In this document: one piece after another, positions 1 through 9,447 of the stretch | Numbering within the stretch: position 1 is the stretch's first letter | Layout of the letters: every line of letters begins with the position of its first letter | Assembly: GCA_965219915.1 (NCBI GenBank) | Contig: OZ244794.1 | Location: forward strand, 2,833,118-2,897,117 | DNA length: 64,000 nt | Direction: 5' to 3' | Source of the DNA: Rhodothermales bacterium | GTDB lineage: Bacteria; Bacteroidota; Rhodothermia; Rhodothermales; Bin80 | Made by a program: the position numbers and the translations under genes | Notes under the pieces: model-generated | Told to the model about the DNA's origin: nothing | Seen by the model: the letters and a program-made list of their open reading frames with translations, nothing else | Database searches by the model: none

Positions 1-314
1 TCCTTACGTTCATTATCGTAGATGGCCTCATCACCAAGTTGGCCTATTTCAAGCCTTAGCCTCCGTGACAGCTCTTCGCGCTTTGTCTGAGTTAAGTTTT
101 CAACCAGCAAACTAAGTAGCCCCGGATGAGAAAAAATCATTTGAGGCTCAGAGCGGATTGACGCAGCAGAGACATATCTTATTGCTTTCGCTTCTCCGCC
201 GTCATAAGATAGTCTAGCCAGAAGAGCTAGGGTTTCTTGTGGAAGCAGTTCAGAGACATGATCAACATTGCAATTATGTAGAACTGCTTCTAGCGTTTCA
301 CCTGGATTAGCCAT
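1..314 (-). CDS. hypothetical protein, N-terminal part (ORF runs off the left edge)
   Basis: Reverse-complement translation from the ATG at 312-314 is open to position 1 (MANPGETLEAVLHNCNVDHVSELLPQETLALLARLSYDGGEAKAIRY...). I recognise no motif. Confidence 0.3.
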   Translation of the reverse strand, partial: MANPGETLEAVLHNCNVDHVSELLPQETLALLARLSYDGGEAKAIRYVSAASIRSEPQMIFSHPGLLSLLVENLTQTKREELSRRLRLEIGQLGDEAIYDNERK

Positions 315-603
315 GTATTGGCTCAATATTGATCCCTGAAAATGTTGGAGGTCATCTCATACGACTGTTATTGCTTATATAAGTACGGACCGTGAATTGA
401 ATCTGATATTTCAAGTATCCAATGCACATTCTGATTGTTTTCATCAGACGACAGATCAAAGAAGCCCCATACCCTGCCACGAAGCATCTTGAATCCACAG
501 CTTGTCCAGCCCTGATTTAACTGGAGCAGTACTATCTGATTTGATATTTCCATTATTGTAGGGCGAAAGAGGCATCCGTAATATATTTTGTGCAGAAAAA
601 TGT

Positions 604-3600
604 TCAGGAAGACAGCATTCCCATCTGAGTTTGCCGCCTTATCGAGTGACTTTTCCACAAGTAGTAGATTACCGGGATAACGATGAGTGTCAATATTGTC
701 GAAGAAATCATTCCTCCCACCATAGGGGCCACGATTCGCTTCATCACCTCCGAACCTGTACCAGTGCCCCAGAGAATGGGTAACAGCCCGGCCATGATTG
801 TGAGGACAGTCATCATCTTGGGCCGCACACGATCAGCAGCACCTGCAATGATTGCATCGTATAGGTCCTTCAACGAATTCATCTGTCCCTGTGAAAGCTT
901 CTCCCCGTACGCCTGGTTCAAGTAGATCAGCATAATCACTCCCGTTTCAGCGGCGACACCCGCGAGGGCAATAAATCCTACACCAACAGCCACACTGAGA
1001 TGATAGCCAAGTACATAAAGCAACCAGATTCCGCCAACTACCGAAAACGGTAAGGACAACATCACGATCAGACTTTCAGTGACACTTCTAAAATTCAAGT
1101 AAAGCAGCATGAAGATGACAAGCAGGGTGATGGGCACGACCAATTGAAGGCGCTGTCGGGCACGTTCGATATACTCATATTGACCACTCCAGACAATGCT
1201 GTATCCCTCGGGAAGGATCACCTGCTCATTGATGGCCGCACGGGCACGGGTCACATACGTGCCCACGTCTGTATCACGAATATCAACGTAAACCCAGGAT
1301 GTCTTGCGCGCATTCTCGCTCTTGATCACTGGCGGCCCCTTCACAATATTGAAATCAGCCACATAACTAAGGGGAATCTGGGCTCCTGTAGGCGTTGGAA
1401 TCAGAACTCGGTTCAGCGCTGGCAAATTGTCACGCAGTTCCCGACTGTAGCGAACGTTGACCGGGTATCGCTCCAAGCCCTCAACGGTCTGCGTAATGTT
1501 CATCCCCCCGATGGCCGACATAATCACATCCTGTACATCACCCACGGTGAGCCCGTATCGAGCAGCCTCTTCTCGGTTGATCTTATAATCAATAAAGTTG
1601 CCCCCAACAGCTTTATCCGGGAACGCGCTCAGCGTACCAGGAATTGTCTGCACCACGGCTGCGACCTGTTGGCTGAGATTTGAAAGTACCATCAAGTCCG
1701 GCCCCATGAGCTTGATGCCCACGGGGGTTTTGATTCCGGTTGAGAGCATGTCAATGCGAGTCTTGATGGGCATCGTCCATGCGTTTGTCAAACCGGGAAA
1801 GTTGATTGCACCGTCAAGTTCACGAATGAGCTGGTCCATCGTCATGCCGTCGCGCCATTCATGCTCCGGTTTTAGTGTAATGGTGGTCTCAAGCATCGAT
1901 AGCGGGGCCGGATCGGTCGCAGTTTCGGCCCGCCCGGCCTTGCCCATGACGTGTTCAACCTCGGGAAAACTCTTGATGATCTTGTCGGTCTGCTGCAGAA
2001 TTTCTTTGGCCTTGGTAATGCTGATACCGGGATCTGTTGTAGGCATGTAGAGAAGATCCCCTTCATTCAAGGGCGGCATGAATTCACTGCCGAGTTTTCC
2101 AAGCGGGTAGATCGTGGCTCCGAGTATCACTAGCGCGGCCGCAATCGTCAGCCACTTGAAACGAAGGACACCCTGAATCACAGGGCGGTAAGCCCCGATC
2201 AACAAGCGGCTAAGTGGATTCTTCTTTTCGGGCAGGATTTTGCCACGAACAAAATATCCCATCAAGACAGGGACAATCGTGATGGACAATAGGGCCGAAG
2301 CAGCCATCACATATGTCTTCGTAAAAGCTAGGGGTTTAAAAAGCCGGCCCTCCTGCGCCTGCAGCGTGAAAACAGGCAGAAAAGAAAGCGTGATTATTAA
2401 AAGCGAATAGAAAAGTGCCGGCCCAACCTCCTTAGTCGCTTCCACAACAATGCGCCAGTGATCTTTCTTGCCTTTGTGACGCTCAAGATGCTTGTGGGCA
2501 TTTTCTACCATCACGATAGCAGCATCCACCATGGCCCCGATAGCTATCGCAATCCCACTGAGTGACATAATATTGGCATTCAGGCCCTGAATTTGCATGA
2601 CGAAAAATGCAATAAGAATGCCCAGAGGCAGGGTGATGATAACTACAAAGGCGCTTCGGACATGCAGCAGGAACAGCATGATCACTAACGCGACAATAAT
2701 GCTTTCTTCCAACAGCTTTTCTTTGAGGTTGGTGATCGCTCGTTTGATCAGGCTACTGCGGTCGTAGGCGGTCTGGATTGTGATCCCTTCCGGTAATCCC
2801 CGTTTTAATTCTTCCAATTTTTCCTTTACGGCGTCAATTGTCTTCAGCGCGTTTTCTCCATACTGCATCACGACAATACCGCCTACGGTTTCCCCCTCAC
2901 CGTTCCAGTCAATTAATCCGCGCCGCAGTTCGGGACCCAGGTGTACATGAGCGATGTTACGGATGAGTATCGGAGTGCCATTCTCGTCCACCCCGACGGG
3001 TGTATTCTCCACATCCTCAATAGATTGGATGTACCCCAGGCCACGTACCATAAATTCGGTTTCGCCCATCTCAATCAGGCGACCACCCACATCGCTGTTA
3101 CTTCGCTGCAGAGCCATGCGAACTCTGGACAACGGCACGTTGTAAGCAATGAGCTTGTTGGGATCAACCTCTACCTGGTACTGCTTCACGTAGCCGCCAA
3201 TGGACGCTACCTCGGCCACGCCCGCTACACTCATCAGTTCGTAGCGAAGAAACCAGTCCTGAATGGAGCGCAGCTGCTGTAGATCGTGACGGTTGTCGCT
3301 GGTAAGTACGTATTCAAATACCCACCCCACACCAGTAGCGTCCGGCCCCAATGCAGGCGTTACGCCATTTGGCAGTCGGCCTGCCACATAGTTCAGCTGC
3401 TCCAATACGCGGCTTCGGGCCCAGTACGGGTCGGTTCCGTCTTCAAAAATTATGTAGACGAATGACGAGCCAAACTGAGAATAGCCACGTACGACCTTTG
3501 CGAACGGGACAGCTAGCATGGCTGTCGTCAGGGGATAAGTAACCTGATCTTCAACGACTTGCGGAGCTTGTCCCGGATAGTCGGCATGCACAATGACCTG

Positions 3601-3735
3601 AATGTCACTCAGATCAGGGATAGCATCTACTGGTGTCCGAAACAATGCGTACACACCGGCAGATCCGATCAAAAGGGTTAGCAGGACGACCAGAAAGCGG
3701 TTTTTTACCGATCCCTCAATGATTCTTTCTAACAT
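604..3735 (-). CDS. cusA: heavy-metal efflux RND transporter, CusA/CzcA family
   Basis: The 1043-aa ORF has an N-terminus typical of the HME-RND family (MLERIIEGSVKNRFLVVLLTLLI...DAIPDLSDIQVIV). Its 12-TM architecture is evident from the hydrophobic blocks. It lies downstream of an adaptor and a TolC-like gene. Confidence 0.93.
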   Translation of the reverse strand: MLERIIEGSVKNRFLVVLLTLLIGSAGVYALFRTPVDAIPDLSDIQVIVHADYPGQAPQVVEDQVTYPLTTAMLAVPFAKVVRGYSQFGSSFVYIIFEDGTDPYWARSRVLEQLNYVAGRLPNGVTPALGPDATGVGWVFEYVLTSDNRHDLQQLRSIQDWFLRYELMSVAGVAEVASIGGYVKQYQVEVDPNKLIAYNVPLSRVRMALQRSNSDVGGRLIEMGETEFMVRGLGYIQSIEDVENTPVGVDENGTPILIRNIAHVHLGPELRRGLIDWNGEGETVGGIVVMQYGENALKTIDAVKEKLEELKRGLPEGITIQTAYDRSSLIKRAITNLKEKLLEESIIVALVIMLFLLHVRSAFVVIITLPLGILIAFFVMQIQGLNANIMSLSGIAIAIGAMVDAAIVMVENAHKHLERHKGKKDHWRIVVEATKEVGPALFYSLLIITLSFLPVFTLQAQEGRLFKPLAFTKTYVMAASALLSITIVPVLMGYFVRGKILPEKKNPLSRLLIGAYRPVIQGVLRFKWLTIAAALVILGATIYPLGKLGSEFMPPLNEGDLLYMPTTDPGISITKAKEILQQTDKIIKSFPEVEHVMGKAGRAETATDPAPLSMLETTITLKPEHEWRDGMTMDQLIRELDGAINFPGLTNAWTMPIKTRIDMLSTGIKTPVGIKLMGPDLMVLSNLSQQVAAVVQTIPGTLSAFPDKAVGGNFIDYKINREEAARYGLTVGDVQDVIMSAIGGMNITQTVEGLERYPVNVRYSRELRDNLPALNRVLIPTPTGAQIPLSYVADFNIVKGPPVIKSENARKTSWVYVDIRDTDVGTYVTRARAAINEQVILPEGYSIVWSGQYEYIERARQRLQLVVPITLLVIFMLLYLNFRSVTESLIVMLSLPFSVVGGIWLLYVLGYHLSVAVGVGFIALAGVAAETGVIMLIYLNQAYGEKLSQGQMNSLKDLYDAIIAGAADRVRPKMMTVLTIMAGLLPILWGTGTGSEVMKRIVAPMVGGMISSTILTLIVIPVIYYLWKSHSIRRQTQMGMLSS

Positions 3736-3801
3736 GATGATCTTGGTTGAGCGTCCAGGATTGCCTGTTCAGGTTTGACGAATTATCCACTATGCCCCAT
3801 C

Positions 3802-5154
3802 TCAGTGATGCAAATGCTCTCCTGGTTCGGTCATCCTGGAAGGTTCCCTCGCTTCCTCATCTACTGGAGCTGACTGTCCTTGAAGCATCTTTCGAATTGC
3901 TTCCTGCAAGCGGCTCTCGCTGTCTAACATGAACTGGGCGGAGGTTACAATCTCCTCACTTCCCTGCAGCCCTCGCAGGACTCGGATATAGTTGTTGTCG
4001 GGCCCACCTTCTTCGCCAAGCGAGACTTCGCGGGGCTCAAATCGACCCTCACCATGGACAATAAATACTATAGCGCGTGCCCCAGATCGAATTACGGCCT
4101 CGGATGGCACGACGACCGCATCAGGAATGACTTTGCCTTGGAGCTGCACATTGGCATACATGCCCGGTTTCAGGTCCAGATCTGGGTTGGAAAAGATCAG
4201 ACGAACGTGGACATCACGGGCCCTTTCTCTCAGATAAGGGTACACATAGGATACCCTGCCGGCATAGGTCTTGCCTGGCAGATAGGACAATTCCATTTCG
4301 ACTGGCTGCCCATCACTGATCCACGGCACTTCATTGTCATAGAAGCTGGCATGCACCCAAACCGTCCGCAAATCTGCGATCCTAAACAGATCTTCTCCGA
4401 CATCAACATATGCACCTTCAATTGCATTTCTTTCTACAACGATTCCTGTTGCCGGAGCTGTGAGTATAATCGTTTTCCTGACTTCGCCAGTTTGTGCCAA
4501 GTGCTCGATCTCTGATGCAGGAATGTCCCAGTATTCAAGACGCGTACGGGCTGACGCCAGTAGTTTCTCAGCATCTTCTACAACTGAGGCCACGGTGCTC
4601 TGGGAGACCAGTTGAAAGTTTTTCAGCGCCAGTACGTATTCTTGCTGCGTCGCGACCAATTCCGGTGAATAGATCTCAAGGATCGGATCTCCCGCTTGGA
4701 CTTGGTCTCCCACGAAATGGACATGAAGGTTTTCGATCCATCCAGAGACCTTTGTATTGACTACATAGAGCCGTTCTTCATCGTACTGAACCTCGCCGAC
4801 GGTACGGATAGTGCGCGTAAAATCCAATCGCTGCACATGTCCCGTTCGGACCCCCATATTCTGCACCACAGCAGGGTCAATGGATACGGTACTGTCAGAC
4901 TCCGTTCGGTCCTCGTCCGCGTAGACGGGAACCAGGTCCATTCCCATCTTCGACTTGCCCGGGCGGTCGTAGATCTCCTCCGGATCCATGGGGGCCTGCC
5001 AATAAAGAACCTGTCTCTGGGCAGGTGGAGGTGATTCTTGAGATTCCGTTACTCCTTCGTCTATCGAAATGCGGCCGAGGAAAAAGCCACCAACGAGAAT
5101 AAGTACGAGAAGCAGAAGAATCCATATCTGCTTGAAATTTTTTTGCAAATTCAT
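3802..5154 (-). CDS. efflux RND periplasmic adaptor subunit (CusB/HlyD-family membrane fusion protein)
   Basis: The 450-aa ORF has an N-terminal TM helix and a lipoyl/beta-barrel-type MFP sequence (VSGWIENLHVHFVGDQVQAGDPILEIYSPELV). It sits directly upstream of the RND pump. The tail is His-rich (EPGEHLHH). Confidence 0.88.
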   Translation of the reverse strand: MNLQKNFKQIWILLLLVLILVGGFFLGRISIDEGVTESQESPPPAQRQVLYWQAPMDPEEIYDRPGKSKMGMDLVPVYADEDRTESDSTVSIDPAVVQNMGVRTGHVQRLDFTRTIRTVGEVQYDEERLYVVNTKVSGWIENLHVHFVGDQVQAGDPILEIYSPELVATQQEYVLALKNFQLVSQSTVASVVEDAEKLLASARTRLEYWDIPASEIEHLAQTGEVRKTIILTAPATGIVVERNAIEGAYVDVGEDLFRIADLRTVWVHASFYDNEVPWISDGQPVEMELSYLPGKTYAGRVSYVYPYLRERARDVHVRLIFSNPDLDLKPGMYANVQLQGKVIPDAVVVPSEAVIRSGARAIVFIVHGEGRFEPREVSLGEEGGPDNNYIRVLRGLQGSEEIVTSAQFMLDSESRLQEAIRKMLQGQSAPVDEEAREPSRMTEPGEHLHH

Positions 5155-5189
5155 GGCTTTTGGGGTAATACGGATGCTGGTATGGACAT

Positions 5190-6500
5190 CTAGTGAGTGA
5201 TCAGATCGGCGATAGAGTCCACACCGAGAGCCCGCTCAAGTGCGGCAGTCGCCCGGAGGTAGCGGGCAAGCGTATTGTCGTAACTCATGCCTAGTGAGAA
5301 TAGCGTGCGTTCCGAATCAAGTAGGTCCAGGAAATCGGTGCGTCCCGTCGTGTAAGAGTTGAGGGTAGCTTGTAGTGCAGTTTCAGCCTGAGGGATCAAG
5401 GCTTCCTCAAAGAGCTCCAGCTGTCGAGCTTCTCCGCGCAATTGATGCATCAGGTCCGCAACTTGAGTCGCTATGGAGGTAGAGATGGATTCCTGGCGGG
5501 CATGGACTTGGCTGCGACGGACGCGGGCTTCTTCCAACTGAGCCCGCAATCGGTTGCGCTGAAGGGGTAAACTTATCGTCGCATTGATTCCGAGGGCATC
5601 GCGGCCCGAAGCCGTGGATGGCACATCAGCTCGGCCGACATCGAAGTAAATTATGCCGAACCGGAAATTCGGCTTGAACTGCTTGCGTGCCAATTCAATT
5701 TCTTTGTCAGCACGTTTTGCTGCCGTACCCAGCGCATTGACCTCGGGACGTTGATTGAGCGCACCTTCAAGTAGAGCGATAGCATCGAATTCAACATAGG
5801 ATGGGGCCTCAACACTTACAGCGACTCTGGATTCGGAGGATACAGGACGATTAAGCAAGCGGGACAACGTCTCAGTCGCCGTACGTCGTTCTATGGAAAG
5901 CTCAAGTTGCAATCGGGACAGGGAATTCTTCTCAAGTTGCGTTTTCAGAATCGCCTGTTGAACACCGGCACCCACTTCATACCGTGTTGCTGCGGCTTCT
6001 TCAAAGTTTTGGAGTCTGTCCTTGAAGGCATGGATACGTAATTCCTGCTGTTGGATGCGATAGAGTTCAATGTAGGAATGCTTAACCTGGAGAAGCAGGT
6101 CTTCTTCAAGGTTTGCGGTTGCAAAGCGTTTAATTTCCGCAGTTAGATCTGCGATGGAACCCTGAAGTCCCAGTTTGCCGGGATAGGGGATTTCTTGCTC
6201 TATGCTCCACTGGCTACGTATGGTACCGCGCGCCGTAAGGATGGGCACAGGCCGATAGGCAATTGTCAAAGATGGATCCGGGAGCGCGGATATCTGCCCT
6301 CTCCGCAAAGCGAGTGCCTGTGCCTCCAGGTGTGACGCTTGCAACATCGGATTATGTATTCGTACTTCTGACAAGAGATCTCCAAGGTGGAGCAATGTGT
6401 CGGGCCGTGCATCAGGTGGATCCTGGCCACGGACTTGGATTGGCGATAAGAGTAGTAGTAGGCAGACGCAGATTGCGCCAGCGAATTGGATTAACTTCAT
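5190..6500 (-). CDS. TolC-family outer membrane efflux protein
   Basis: The 436-aa ORF has a signal peptide (MKLIQFAGAICVCLLLLLSPIQVRGQ) and two coiled-coil OEP repeats. It is first in the tripartite operon order OMF-MFP-RND. Confidence 0.85.
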   Translation of the reverse strand: MKLIQFAGAICVCLLLLLSPIQVRGQDPPDARPDTLLHLGDLLSEVRIHNPMLQASHLEAQALALRRGQISALPDPSLTIAYRPVPILTARGTIRSQWSIEQEIPYPGKLGLQGSIADLTAEIKRFATANLEEDLLLQVKHSYIELYRIQQQELRIHAFKDRLQNFEEAAATRYEVGAGVQQAILKTQLEKNSLSRLQLELSIERRTATETLSRLLNRPVSSESRVAVSVEAPSYVEFDAIALLEGALNQRPEVNALGTAAKRADKEIELARKQFKPNFRFGIIYFDVGRADVPSTASGRDALGINATISLPLQRNRLRAQLEEARVRRSQVHARQESISTSIATQVADLMHQLRGEARQLELFEEALIPQAETALQATLNSYTTGRTDFLDLLDSERTLFSLGMSYDNTLARYLRATAALERALGVDSIADLITH

Positions 6501-6587
6501 GACTTCCTGAGCAATAGATCTAATTGTGCATCAACACGGCGGTGTAGCGAACCTACACCCCGTGACACAGGCGCAACCAGAAGCCTA

Positions 6588-7055
6588 TCAGATCAGAAAC
6601 GTGCTGTGAATAGCCTGCCTATCTGAGGAAGGAAGGCAGGCAGAACATCGTAGTGCAGAGACCTGCCTAAATAAACTTGCCCTGGAGCCCACTTCAGATA
6701 AGGGATCGGGAAGGCTGGATAAGATCTGTTCACCCGATGGGGTTCGAGAAGATTCAAACAGTACCGTTGCCATCTTAGCGACAGTCACGGCTTGAAATGC
6801 ACAGCAAGCTACAGCGTGCTGCGGACAAGGCGCAGGCTCCGCGGGTGTGGAATTGTGGTCGGGTGGACAGGGGAGATCCTGTCCGTGCGTGGAAGTATGG
6901 GAATGCATTCCTGCGGAATGATGATTCGCATGCGGGGGCGAGTTCAGATCACCTTGAGAGCAGTTTGTCCATAGCAAGGGGCCCACAGCACTGAGTAGTA
7001 GGCTCAGGCTTAGTAATACAGGAAATAGTGGATGGGTTCGCATCGCAGCAATCAT
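6588..7055 (-). CDS. small secreted His/Cys-rich protein, possible metal-binding accessory of the efflux operon
   Basis: The ORF lies immediately upstream of, and co-oriented with, the TolC gene. It has a signal-like segment (MRTHPLFPVLLSLSLLLSAVG) followed by PPHANHHSAGMHSHTSTHGQ and several Cys residues. The start is uncertain (TTG 7085, ATG 7055 or ATG 7043). Confidence 0.45.
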   Translation of the reverse strand: MIAAMRTHPLFPVLLSLSLLLSAVGPLLWTNCSQGDLNSPPHANHHSAGMHSHTSTHGQDLPCPPDHNSTPAEPAPCPQHAVACCAFQAVTVAKMATVLFESSRTPSGEQILSSLPDPLSEVGSRASLFRQVSALRCSACLPSSDRQAIHSTFLI

Positions 7056-7204
7056 CACCCAATACGAGGATACTCGCAATGGCAACGGGATGAGACATTA
7101 ATACCACATAATAAGTTCCAAGCGCGTGAGCGAGATGAATTTTAGGTAGGCTCCCTGTTTTTTGCTACGGCGAATCCCGACAGATTTTCGCGGAGCAAAT
7201 CAAA

Positions 7205-7440
7205 GTGTACGTTTCTCATTGGGTGCAAATCAGTGACCCGCCAATTATTTCTGCCGTTCAATTAGGTACACGGCATATCGGAGATCGGCACAATCTGGAC
7301 AAAGCGACTGACGTGGTCGATGAAGCTATGGCATACCTGCGAACCGAGATTGACTCCCTTCCCAAGGAGCTGGGTACAAAGGAGCGTCAGATCAGGCAAT
7401 AGGAATTAAACGTGAAGCACTCTGGTCCGAGGAGGAATTA
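7205..7440 (+). pseudogene. ClpB-like chaperone fragment (about 65-75 codons of a protein that is normally about 860 aa)
   Basis: The translation VQISDPPIISAVQLGTRHIGDRHNLDKATDVVDEAMAYLRTEIDSLPKELGTKERQIRQ* matches the conserved ClpB middle region (compare E. coli [60 protein letters not shown]). A stop replaces the next Leu. There is no AAA module on either side. Confidence 0.75.
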
Positions 7441-7476
7441 GGAAAAACTTGCTGCAACCGAGACGTAAATCGAAAA

Positions 7477-8472
7477 ATGAATAGCAAAAAACTCCAGTGG
7501 GGAATACTGTCGAGTGCGCGCATAGCTCGGCAAAAGGTCATACCCGCCATTCAGAAGAGTCAACGTGGCGCAGTAACGGCCATTGCCTCTAGAGATGTTG
7601 CTGTGGCACGCCAAGTTGCGCAAATGCATCAAATCCCAGTTGTCTGTGCCTCATATGAGGATCTGGTTAATCTGAGAGAAATTGATGCCATCTATATCCC
7701 GTTACCCAATCACCTGCATGTTGAATGGGCCTCCCTTGCCTTGGAAGCAGGGAAACATGTACTCTGCGAAAAACCCCTGGGGATGAATGAGATGGAGGTA
7801 GCAAAACTCCGGCGTATGTCCCGGCAATATCCAAAGCAATTGGTTTCGGAGGCATTCATGTATCGATACCATCCTCAGTGGAAGCGTACACGCCATCTCA
7901 TTCGCTCCAAGAGTATCGGAGATCTTCAAAGCATCCATGTACATTTTTCCTATGACAACAAAGACCCAGGCAATATTCGGAACAAGTTGGCGTTTGGAGG
8001 AGGTGCCTTGATGGATATTGGCTGTTATGGAATCTCCGTTGCTCGCTGGTTATTTGAAGACGAACCACGGCGAGTTTGCGCACGCATGGCACGGCATCCC
8101 GAATTCGGAACAGACACCTCTACCACGATCCTTATGGATTTCCCACAAGGAAGTGCTACTGTCATGTGTGCGACACAAATGCAGCGCTACCAGCGCGTCA
8201 ACCTGGTCGGTAGCCGCGGTCAAATCACCTTATACACACCTTTCAATGCACCACCAGACGAAACCGTGCGTGTGGAGTACCAGAATGGCAATGAGCACAG
8301 CATCCAAGATATCGGCCCGGCAGATCAGTATACAGAGCAGTGTGATCACTTCGCTGCAGCTACGATTGATGGCGAACCCCTGCTTACCCCCATATCTGAC
8401 GCTATGTGTAACATGCATGTAATAGACGCATGCTTCCAGAGTGAGCAAAAGGATGCCTGGGTGGACTGCTGA
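7477..8472 (+). CDS. Gfo/Idh/MocA family oxidoreductase
   Basis: The 331-aa ORF has an N-terminal Rossmann segment (LQWGILSSARIARQKVIPAI) and the EKP motif (VLCEKPLGMN) typical of this family. Confidence 0.85.
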   Translation: MNSKKLQWGILSSARIARQKVIPAIQKSQRGAVTAIASRDVAVARQVAQMHQIPVVCASYEDLVNLREIDAIYIPLPNHLHVEWASLALEAGKHVLCEKPLGMNEMEVAKLRRMSRQYPKQLVSEAFMYRYHPQWKRTRHLIRSKSIGDLQSIHVHFSYDNKDPGNIRNKLAFGGGALMDIGCYGISVARWLFEDEPRRVCARMARHPEFGTDTSTTILMDFPQGSATVMCATQMQRYQRVNLVGSRGQITLYTPFNAPPDETVRVEYQNGNEHSIQDIGPADQYTEQCDHFAAATIDGEPLLTPISDAMCNMHVIDACFQSEQKDAWVDC

Positions 8473-8479
8473 AGACGAT

Positions 8480-9052
8480 AGTTTGGCGCACAGCTAATCG
8501 AATCCATCTGATGCACCCGAGGCACCCAACCAAGCTCATGCACTGCTGTTTGGAATCCTGCCTGCAACTCCACGAAACTCTTCGCTCCTCGGACCATCAC
8601 GGACGGCCAACTGGAATAGAACAGGACAAAAGGGTACAACAAATGCGATTAAAACGCACCCTGGATTGTAGCCCACAGATAATTCATGCACGTCAAGTCC
8701 AATTGGGCCCGTTCCCCTGGACGGTACTCTTATTCAAAAAACTTCCTTTCGACACTGTAGCCTCCGATCCCGTAACCGACGTTGGGAGGTATGCAACTAA
8801 CCCGGCTTGAATTGATCCGACCACTTGTCAATCATGTATTCAAGCGGGGCCGTGCATCTAGCGTCGGATCTGCTTCCATAAAACCGATACACTGTTGCCA
8901 TACCCTCGAAATGAATCCTCGCATCGGCTTGGCATCGGAGAACGTTTGACTTCGCTCGGTAACTTCTTCGAACGAAGATATTTCTGTGCGCTTGACTCAC
9001 ACATTGCCGCATACGCCGCGGCAACTTTTATCACCATTTTTTCGCCTGACAA
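8480..9052 (-). pseudogene. IS21-family istA transposase remnant (frameshifted and 3'-truncated)
   Basis: Three minus-strand ORF pieces lie in different frames. The HTH part is VAAAYAAMCESSAQKYLRSKKLPSEVKR. The core part is LYPFVLFYSSWPSVMVRGAKSFVELQAGFQTAVHELGWVPRVHQMDSIS, which resembles the IstA motif ...SESFEAL..GLQNALWELGGVP..HRTD. The homology stops next to the stop codon of the oxidoreductase, and there is no istB. Confidence 0.7.
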
Positions 9053-9410
9053 GAATAATCAATGCTTGACATTCCCTTTTGAATAGTTGAAGCAAATCCG
9101 GCGTAATACTAAATATTGGGAATTAAATACGGCATTGTTTCATTGTGAGTTGATATTTCTGATTGGAAATAGCCGTTCGGAATTCCAACTTTCGACTCAA
9201 AATGGAACGATGATGGACACAGAATCTTGTGTAAATCTGGTGACCTTCTTGCTCTTTGTACGTTTTCCGAACTCCCGGAGATAACGGACCACACAAATGC
9301 GTCAATCAGTGTCACTAGGCTTGACTGAAAGCCATAGTACCAGCCGCATAAACGATGCCAAAACTTTACTTCTTGGTCTACGAGTTTTGTAATGTAAATT
9401 ACTTTCTGGA

Positions 9411-9442
9411 AAATTAACCCAACAATATTGTTGGGTTAATTT
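9411..9442. promoter_or_regulatory. 32-bp perfect palindrome, candidate operator for the downstream HTH protein
   Basis: aaattaacccaacaat|attgttgggttaattt: the second half is the exact reverse complement of the first. It ends 5 bp before the ATG at 9448. A TATAAT-like hexamer overlaps the start codon. Confidence 0.6.
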
Positions 9443-9447
9443 GTATA

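Noticed and set aside
1144-2133. ORFs of 150-179 aa on the plus strand inside cusA
   Set aside because: These are antisense shadow ORFs that lie wholly inside a confidently identified 1043-aa RND gene. Their sequences are low in complexity or Ser/Arg-rich, with no motifs.
8018-8422. 134-aa alternative-frame ORF inside the Gfo/Idh/MocA gene
   Set aside because: It lies on the same strand but out of frame with a well-supported gene, and it has no motifs.
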